The position numbers and the translations under genes are program-made. Source: Coprobacillaceae bacterium (GTDB taxonomy: Bacteria; Bacillota_I; Bacilli_A; Erysipelotrichales; Coprobacillaceae). Taken from it: 32,000 nt of DNA. Location: assembly GCA_963675915.1 (NCBI GenBank), contig OY780959.1, positions 1,860,001 to 1,892,000 on the forward strand. The letters run 5' to 3'. This document shows positions 26,969 through 32,000 of this stretch, piece after piece (the first letter of the stretch is position 1; every line of letters starts with the position of its first letter). The notes beneath the pieces were generated by a model. It was not told the DNA's origin. It did not search any database and saw only the letters and a list, made by a program, of their open reading frames with translations.

Positions 26969-27307
26969 TTATTTATTCATTTCTTCTGCAACTAGTTGAG
27001 ATACCTTTCCCAAAATAACGGTGACCTTATTCGAGGTTTGAACGATCCCTGATGCCCCTAATTCCTTGAGTGCTTCTGAATTTAATTTGTTGTCATCTGA
27101 AAGTTCTACGCTTAATCTTGATCCAACCGCTCTGGTTGAAATAATATTTTCACGCCCCCCCAGTGCCGTGATGATTTTTTCAACATCGACATTGACTTTT
27201 CGCTTGGCCTGGATCTTGCTTCCTCGTAAATATTTGGTGAAAACAACCCATAAAACCACCGCAATGACAACCGCACCTGCTATTATAAACGGAATATACT
27301 CTTCCAT
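26969..27307 (-). CDS. Membrane-anchored PTS EIIB(Glc)-like domain protein lacking the phospho-cysteine
   Basis: 112 aa with an N-terminal TM helix. The segment ALGGRENIISTRAVGSRLSVELSD aligns to the EIIB signature GG.eNI....CaTRLR with Val where the Cys should be. Confidence 0.7.
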   Translation of the reverse strand: MEEYIPFIIAGAVVIAVVLWVVFTKYLRGSKIQAKRKVNVDVEKIITALGGRENIISTRAVGSRLSVELSDDNKLNSEALKELGASGIVQTSNKVTVILGKVSQLVAEEMNK

Positions 27308-27400
27308 GCAAAAACCTCCTAAATATTTTGTATTAATCTCAATTTATAGTATACTATATTACGATAGTAAAAACTATTATTTTTAAAAGTGGAGGTATAT

Positions 27401-28606
27401 ATGCCATTAAAAGAGAAACATCTCGTATCCATCCCTTTCGCTCTGTCAGTCATTATCCTCGGGATAATCTCGATAGTCGCTGTCTGGGGGGCTACTCCTT
27501 TAATAAATTACGCCGAACCTGAATCATACTTTGTCAAACAGTTTGTTTTCTATTGTATCGGCCTTGTCATCCTGGTCATCATTTTCAATTACACCAATGA
27601 CCGGATTTATTCCGGCAAGTGGATAATCTACTGGTTTTGCATCATTTTGCTGGTAGGTTTGGCAATTGAACATATTGCAATCACCCGCTTTGGGATCAGC
27701 ATTATTCCAAGAGCCCTTCACCTAAACGGTGCCACATCCTGGTATTCGATTCCCGGATTTTCATTGCAACCTTCCGAGTTCATGAAAATCGCTTTGGTTA
27801 TCGTTTTGGCTGATTTGATAGCTGAACATAACCGCGAAGGCAAATCAAAACTATTGGAAGATGACCTGGCCTTGATTTTCAAGATCATCAAAGTATCGAT
27901 TTTGCCGATTGCCTTGATTTTGATTCAAAACGATACCGGAGTAACCATGATTATCATGGCTTCGATTGTCGCTGTAGCCTTCGCCTCAGGATTGAACCGT
28001 AACTGGTTTTCATTAATGATTATCCTGGGTGTTCTGGCGATCGGGACATTTGCTTATCTCTTTGTTTTCCATCACGATATTATCGTCGACTTGTTTGGCG
28101 GCGACTATAAATTAGGTCGACTTTACGGTTGGCTTGATCCCGAAGGAACCTACTCGGACAAAGGTTACCAACTGCTTAATGCCCTGATGTCTTATGGGAC
28201 TTCAGGGGTATTCGGACACGGTTTCCAATCAGTTGTGATCAACTTCCCGGAAGCCCAAACAGATTTCATTTTTGCCGTAATCTGTCAGGATTTCGGTTTT
28301 GCCGGCGGAGCGATCACACTTATGGCAATCCTGTTTTTTGACATCAATGTCATTTATATCGGGCTTCGCTGCGAGGATCCCCGCAACAAATATCTGATTT
28401 CCGGATTCATGGGAATGCTGATCTTCCAGCAATTCTGGAACATTGGAATGATCTTGGGATTGCTTCCAATCACCGGAATCACCTTACCCCTGCTTTCGTA
28501 TGGTGGCTCATCATGTCTTTCTTACATGATCGTCATCGCCATGGCCTTTGAAGCTGAAAAGCAGACCAGAATCAAGGAAGGGAAAAACCGTTATTCAATT
28601 ATCTAG
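27401..28606 (+). CDS. SEDS-family peptidoglycan glycosyltransferase (FtsW/RodA/SpoVE)
   Basis: The ATG at 27401 (MPLKEKHL) is preceded by GGAGG. About 10 TM helices are present, with family motifs QPSEFMKIAL, PEAQTDFIFAV and GITLPLLSYGGSS. Confidence 0.9.
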   Translation: MPLKEKHLVSIPFALSVIILGIISIVAVWGATPLINYAEPESYFVKQFVFYCIGLVILVIIFNYTNDRIYSGKWIIYWFCIILLVGLAIEHIAITRFGISIIPRALHLNGATSWYSIPGFSLQPSEFMKIALVIVLADLIAEHNREGKSKLLEDDLALIFKIIKVSILPIALILIQNDTGVTMIIMASIVAVAFASGLNRNWFSLMIILGVLAIGTFAYLFVFHHDIIVDLFGGDYKLGRLYGWLDPEGTYSDKGYQLLNALMSYGTSGVFGHGFQSVVINFPEAQTDFIFAVICQDFGFAGGAITLMAILFFDINVIYIGLRCEDPRNKYLISGFMGMLIFQQFWNIGMILGLLPITGITLPLLSYGGSSCLSYMIVIAMAFEAEKQTRIKEGKNRYSII

Positions 28607-28611
28607 GACCT

Positions 28612-28647
28612 AAAAATAGAGACCTTATGCCAAGGTCTCTATTTTTT
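28612..28647. terminator. Bidirectional terminator between the SEDS gene and the CYTH gene
   Basis: AAAAATAGAGACCTT-ATGCC-AAGGTCTCTATTTTT forms a 15-bp stem with A/T runs in both arms. It overlaps the CYTH stop codon. Confidence 0.85.
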
Positions 28648-29211
28648 TATTTTGGCCGCCTGAGTTTTAAGCCTTTTTATTTTTGAATCGCAGTTAGCTT
28701 GATAGTCAATGCCATATTTCTTCATCAAGGTAACAAAAAATTCCAAACCTTTTTCATAGTCTTCAACTTCAAGTTCCACTTCGTAATCGGTACGCCCCAG
28801 ATACTCATTGGCATCCAGTGACAGCAATCCTTCCGGAATGTGCATATCGCTTCTTCTGGTAGTCAGATACAAGTCAGTCGCCAGCTCGTCAACTCCCAAA
28901 TATCTCAAGGTAGCAAAGATTTCATTTTCGAGAAACTCGCCTTCTTTGATCCGATCGAACTGTTCTGCTGTAATATCGATATTGGTTTCCATCAACCCGA
29001 CTTTTTGCGGCATTTTCAAGGTCAATTCGAATTGATCACCTTTTTCACGAACTCTCAAACTGATTCGCCGGCTGTCAAGATTGGGATGAGTCAGATAATA
29101 GTTGGTCTGATAATAGATACTCTGATTGTAATCAGAAAAATCCTGAAGCATTTGATTGTACTGCTTTTTATTCAACAATTGTTTGAATTCTATTTCCAAA
29201 TTATGCATCAT
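28639..29211 (-). CDS. CYTH-domain (triphosphate tunnel metalloenzyme) protein, YjbK-like
   Basis: An EIEFK (ExExK) motif lies at the N-terminus. The start is taken at ATG 29211 (MMHNLEIEFK), preceded by AAAGGGGGA, giving 190 aa. The ORF track's longer form starts at 29235. Confidence 0.8.
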   Translation of the reverse strand: MMHNLEIEFKQLLNKKQYNQMLQDFSDYNQSIYYQTNYYLTHPNLDSRRISLRVREKGDQFELTLKMPQKVGLMETNIDITAEQFDRIKEGEFLENEIFATLRYLGVDELATDLYLTTRRSDMHIPEGLLSLDANEYLGRTDYEVELEVEDYEKGLEFFVTLMKKYGIDYQANCDSKIKRLKTQAAKIKK

Positions 29212-29323
29212 GATCCCCCTTTCCTTGTCATCCATTATAATTCAGTCAGTAAATTAATACAAGATTTGAGATTTCAAATCTTGTGGGGTATAATACATTT
29301 AAAAGATGATAAGGAGCAGGCAA

Positions 29324-30106
29324 ATGGAAAAATACACTATAGTTATCCGCGGTGACGACCTTTCCCAGAAGGTTGCCAAGAAAATCGACAATGAATTGTC
29401 CAAACATCTCATCAGAGACGATGACAATCCCAACCTCGTCATTTCAGTCGGAGGAGACGGGACCATACTTGAAGCTGTTCACAGTTATATGGGCAAAGAC
29501 TGCAATTTTGTCGGCGTCCACACCGGTACTCTCGGTTTTTTTACTGATTACCGGATCAATGAAATCGACATGCTGATCGAGGATGTCCAAACCAATAAAG
29601 GGACCATCAACAAACGTTACCTTCTCGAGGTCGAGGTTTTGGCCAACAACCGCTCGTACACTTTCTACGCCCTCAATGAGATGAGAACTGACCACGACTA
29701 TACCACCCAGACCATCAACATCTCAATCAACGGCGATTTTCTCGAAGTTTTCCGCGGCAATGGCATCTGCATTTCCACCAACAGCGGTTCAACAGCCTAT
29801 AACAAATCACTTGGCGGGGCGGTAATCTATCCGGGAATTCAAATCATGCAAATGACAGAAGTAGCCGGGATTTCCCACAACGCCTATCATTCGCTCGGTT
29901 CTCCAATCATTTTAGGGGCTTCCAACGAGATTTCCCTTAAATCACGAAACTTCTCAACTTTGTATCTGGGAATGGACCATCTCTGTCACGTAATCACCAA
30001 TGTCGACGAAATCAAAGTACGAGTTTCTAACAAGTATGTCAAATTCATCGAATACCGGGAACGCTCATTTGTCAAACGGATTTCTCGCGCCTTCATCCAC
30101 TCATGA
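29324..30106 (+). CDS. nadK: NAD kinase
   Basis: The ATG at 29324 (MEKYTIVIRGD) is preceded by AAGGAG. Motifs present: VISVGGDGTIL, GHLGFL-type TGTLGFFTD and STNSGSTAYNKSLGG. Confidence 0.9.
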   Translation: MEKYTIVIRGDDLSQKVAKKIDNELSKHLIRDDDNPNLVISVGGDGTILEAVHSYMGKDCNFVGVHTGTLGFFTDYRINEIDMLIEDVQTNKGTINKRYLLEVEVLANNRSYTFYALNEMRTDHDYTTQTINISINGDFLEVFRGNGICISTNSGSTAYNKSLGGAVIYPGIQIMQMTEVAGISHNAYHSLGSPIILGASNEISLKSRNFSTLYLGMDHLCHVITNVDEIKVRVSNKYVKFIEYRERSFVKRISRAFIHS

Positions 30107-30948
30107 TTTTTTCAGTTGATAAACCGATTCTGCTCCGGGATTTCCTGGTGGAAGCCGGACTTTCTCGCAAGCTGATCAAAGATATCAAATCCCAAGGTAA
30201 GATTCTGGTCAATAACCAGGAAAAAACCGTCAGACATTTCCTGGAATCAGGAGACGTGCTTGAGTTGGTGCTCCCTGCTGAAAAATGCGATATCACCCCA
30301 ATCGAAATGCCGCTTGATATCGTCTACGAAGACGAATATTACCTGGTCATCGACAAACAGCCTGGCCTGGCCTGCATTCCAACCAAAAGTCACCATGACA
30401 ATTCCCTGGCCAATGCGATTTCATGGTATTATCAGCTAAACAAGATTCCCTACACCATCCATTTTGTCAACCGGCTCGACCGGGAAACCCAAGGACTGAT
30501 GCTTGTTGCCAAAGACCGTTTTTCCCATTATTTGCTTTCAAAAGATATCAAACAGGTTAAACGGGTGTACCACGCCCAGGTCAGCGGCACCCTGACATTG
30601 CCTTTGACAATTGATAAACCGATTTACCAGATAGACACCAATATGAAAAGAGTTATCGACTCGAGAGGCAAGAAATCGATAACCCATGTAAAACCACTTT
30701 GGCATTCCCCGACCACCACCCTGGTCGAGTGCATCCTGGATACTGGAAGAACCCATCAAATCAGGGTTCATCTCGCCTCGATCAATCATCCGCTGGTATC
30801 TGACGCAATATACAACGAGGAAAAGTCCGGGACGATGTATCTTCGATCAGTCGAATTGGAGTTCATCCATCCCTATACCGGTGCCACAATCACGATAACC
30901 AGTCCCGACAGACCAGAATATCAAAACAAACAAAAAGACGATCAATGA
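30103..30948 (+). CDS. RluA-family pseudouridine synthase with N-terminal S4-like domain
   Basis: 281 aa: HFVNRLDRETQGLMLVAK (catalytic Asp motif) and TGRTHQIRVHLA. There is an ATGA overlap with nadK. Confidence 0.85.
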   Translation: MIFSVDKPILLRDFLVEAGLSRKLIKDIKSQGKILVNNQEKTVRHFLESGDVLELVLPAEKCDITPIEMPLDIVYEDEYYLVIDKQPGLACIPTKSHHDNSLANAISWYYQLNKIPYTIHFVNRLDRETQGLMLVAKDRFSHYLLSKDIKQVKRVYHAQVSGTLTLPLTIDKPIYQIDTNMKRVIDSRGKKSITHVKPLWHSPTTTLVECILDTGRTHQIRVHLASINHPLVSDAIYNEEKSGTMYLRSVELEFIHPYTGATITITSPDRPEYQNKQKDDQ

Positions 30949-30953
30949 TCGTC
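30922..30953 (-). terminator. Candidate spx terminator embedded in the 3' end of the convergent RluA-family gene
   Basis: Minus strand reads GACGATC-ATT-GATCGTC (30953-30937) followed by TTTTTGTTTGTTTTG. The hairpin spans both stop codons (TGA 30946-30948, TAG 30953-30955 on the minus strand). The 3-nt loop is tight. Confidence 0.45.
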
Positions 30954-31414
30954 TAATTTGCAGTATTGTTTTGATATTCTTTTTTCAGCTTATCCCATTT
31001 TTTCCCTGGATTGAAATGAGGGCAATCCTCACTTGGAATTTTACATTGTGCTAAACGTCGTAGTTCGCGCGGGATGAAGACACGAATTTCCTCTGAGTTG
31101 TAACCGACCTGGAAACGTCGCTCATCAATCATTATCGGTCTTTTCAAAACTGACGGATTTTCCTGGATGAACGTTATCAATTCATTAAATGACATTCCGT
31201 CAAGGTCGATATCGTTTTCTTTTATGATTTTAGAACGTTTTGATATAATATCATCAGTGCCGTTTTCACTGCGTTCCAATAATTCTCGCAACTCCGCTTC
31301 ACGTAGTATTGTCGAGAAAATATTTTTTTCAACGTAGGGAATATTATGTTCTTTCAACCATGCTTTAACTTTTCTACAACTAGCACAGCTAGGTGCTGTA
31401 TATATTCGAATCAT
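30953..31414 (-). CDS. spx: Spx/ArsC-family redox-sensing transcriptional regulator with extended C-terminus
   Basis: 153 aa with MIRIYTAPSCASCRKVKAWL (CxxC) and LKRPIMIDERRFQVGYN. A tail of about 20 extra residues contains two more Cys. Confidence 0.85.
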   Translation of the reverse strand: MIRIYTAPSCASCRKVKAWLKEHNIPYVEKNIFSTILREAELRELLERSENGTDDIISKRSKIIKENDIDLDGMSFNELITFIQENPSVLKRPIMIDERRFQVGYNSEEIRVFIPRELRRLAQCKIPSEDCPHFNPGKKWDKLKKEYQNNTAN

Positions 31415-31729
31415 TAAAATCCCTCCTATGCTATATTATGACACGAATCAAATTCAAATAAAATGATTTTTTTTCATTTAATCAAATTTATATGAAATTA
31501 CACCAAATTATGAACTTATGTCTTTTTGATATGATTTTTGGCTCAATTGTCACCTTGAATCCGATGATAATTCGATTATTATCGATATATCATCTAATAA
31601 TAAACTACACTATCTAATCATCAATTTCAACAACTATTTACGATTTTTAACCCAATAAATATTGTTTCCTGTCATACAGGCATTATTTGTGATATACTAT
31701 TAAATATTGATTAAAGGAGAATCTCTATC

Positions 31730-32000
31730 ATGAAAAGAATGCTTAGTGGAATTAAGCCGACTGGTAAAGTAACTCTTGGAAATTACCTGGGAGCTATCAA
31801 GCCATTCGTCGAATATCAAGATGAATATGAAATGTTTGTTTTCGTTGCAAACCTTCATTCAATGACAATATATGTCGAACCAAAAGAATTGCGTGAGAAT
31901 ACTAAAAATCTAATTGCCCTTTACCTGGCAGCTGGACTTGATCCAGAAAAAGTAACATTGTTCCTGCAATCAGACGTCCTCCAACACGCCCAACTAGGAT
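31730..32000 (+). CDS. trpS: Tryptophan--tRNA ligase, 5' part (runs off the window)
   Basis: The ATG at 31730 is preceded by AAAGGAG. The translation is MKRMLSGIKPTGKVTLGNYLGAIKPFVEYQDEYEMFVFVANLHSMT..., with a class I HIGH-region variant typical of TrpS. It is absent from the ORF track because no stop codon lies in the window. Confidence 0.85.
   Translation, partial: MKRMLSGIKPTGKVTLGNYLGAIKPFVEYQDEYEMFVFVANLHSMTIYVEPKELRENTKNLIALYLAAGLDPEKVTLFLQSDVLQHAQLG

Noticed and set aside
28808-29355. Plus-strand ORFs of 75 and 171 aa (28808-29035, 28840-29355).
   Set aside because: They are antisense shadows of the CYTH gene, and the longer one runs through the divergent promoter region into nadK out of frame.
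31415-31729. Possible Trp T-box leader upstream of trpS, and small hydrophobic ORFs (for example ATG at about 31531).
   Set aside because: There is no T-box sequence, no specifier-loop context and no terminator hairpin before the trpS RBS. The small ORFs lack RBSs and sit in AT-rich sequence where ORFs arise by chance.
1-32000. Searched by eye for CRISPR arrays, tandem or long direct repeats, tRNA/rRNA genes, transposases, integrases, phage genes, toxin-antitoxin pairs or known defence-system genes.
   Set aside because: None seen. Every large ORF is explained by a housekeeping, transporter or pilus function, or is a plain membrane hypothetical. No repeat-spacer periodicity or IS-type inverted ends were noticed. 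This was a manual scan only; a repeat finder and tRNAscan would be needed to be definitive.

Overview
This window looks like about 32 kb of a low-GC (roughly 40%) Gram-positive, Bacillota-type chromosome using the standard code (TGA is a stop). Most of it is housekeeping genes in Bacillus-like synteny. On the minus strand these are dnaD, a ypmB-like gene, a yugP-like gene, hup and pyk. On the plus strand follow a ThrE-family exporter pair and tmcAL. A minus-strand unit then runs from two unknown membrane proteins through a DUF45 peptidase and a TrmH methyltransferase into a Phe T-box leader and pheS-pheT. The rest includes aspartate kinase, a Na/Pi cotransporter, a SEDS protein, the CYTH/nadK/RluA/spx block and the 5' end of trpS. 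The one clearly accessory-looking block is a complete type IV pilus locus on the minus strand (19224-26830). It consists of a monocistronic pilin gene with its own promoter and terminator, followed by pilC-pilM-pilN-pilO-pilB-pilT-pilD. I found no rRNA, tRNA, CRISPR array, transposase, integrase or recognisable defence gene, so I cannot honestly claim a clear-cut undescribed system. The best candidates for follow-up are: (1) the pilus locus, which has one atypical pilin and no minor pilins; (2) an AT-rich Wzy_C/O-antigen-ligase-like gene that might glycosylate that pilin; (3) a TmcAL protein fused to an intact C-terminal Nudix hydrolase domain; (4) a membrane-anchored PTS EIIB-like protein whose phospho-Cys is replaced; (5) an esterase-fold protein with no nucleophile motif next to pilD; and (6) two unrecognisable membrane proteins translationally coupled to a DUF45 peptidase and a TrmH methyltransferase. 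All product calls come from reading motifs in the supplied translations. No database search was run.
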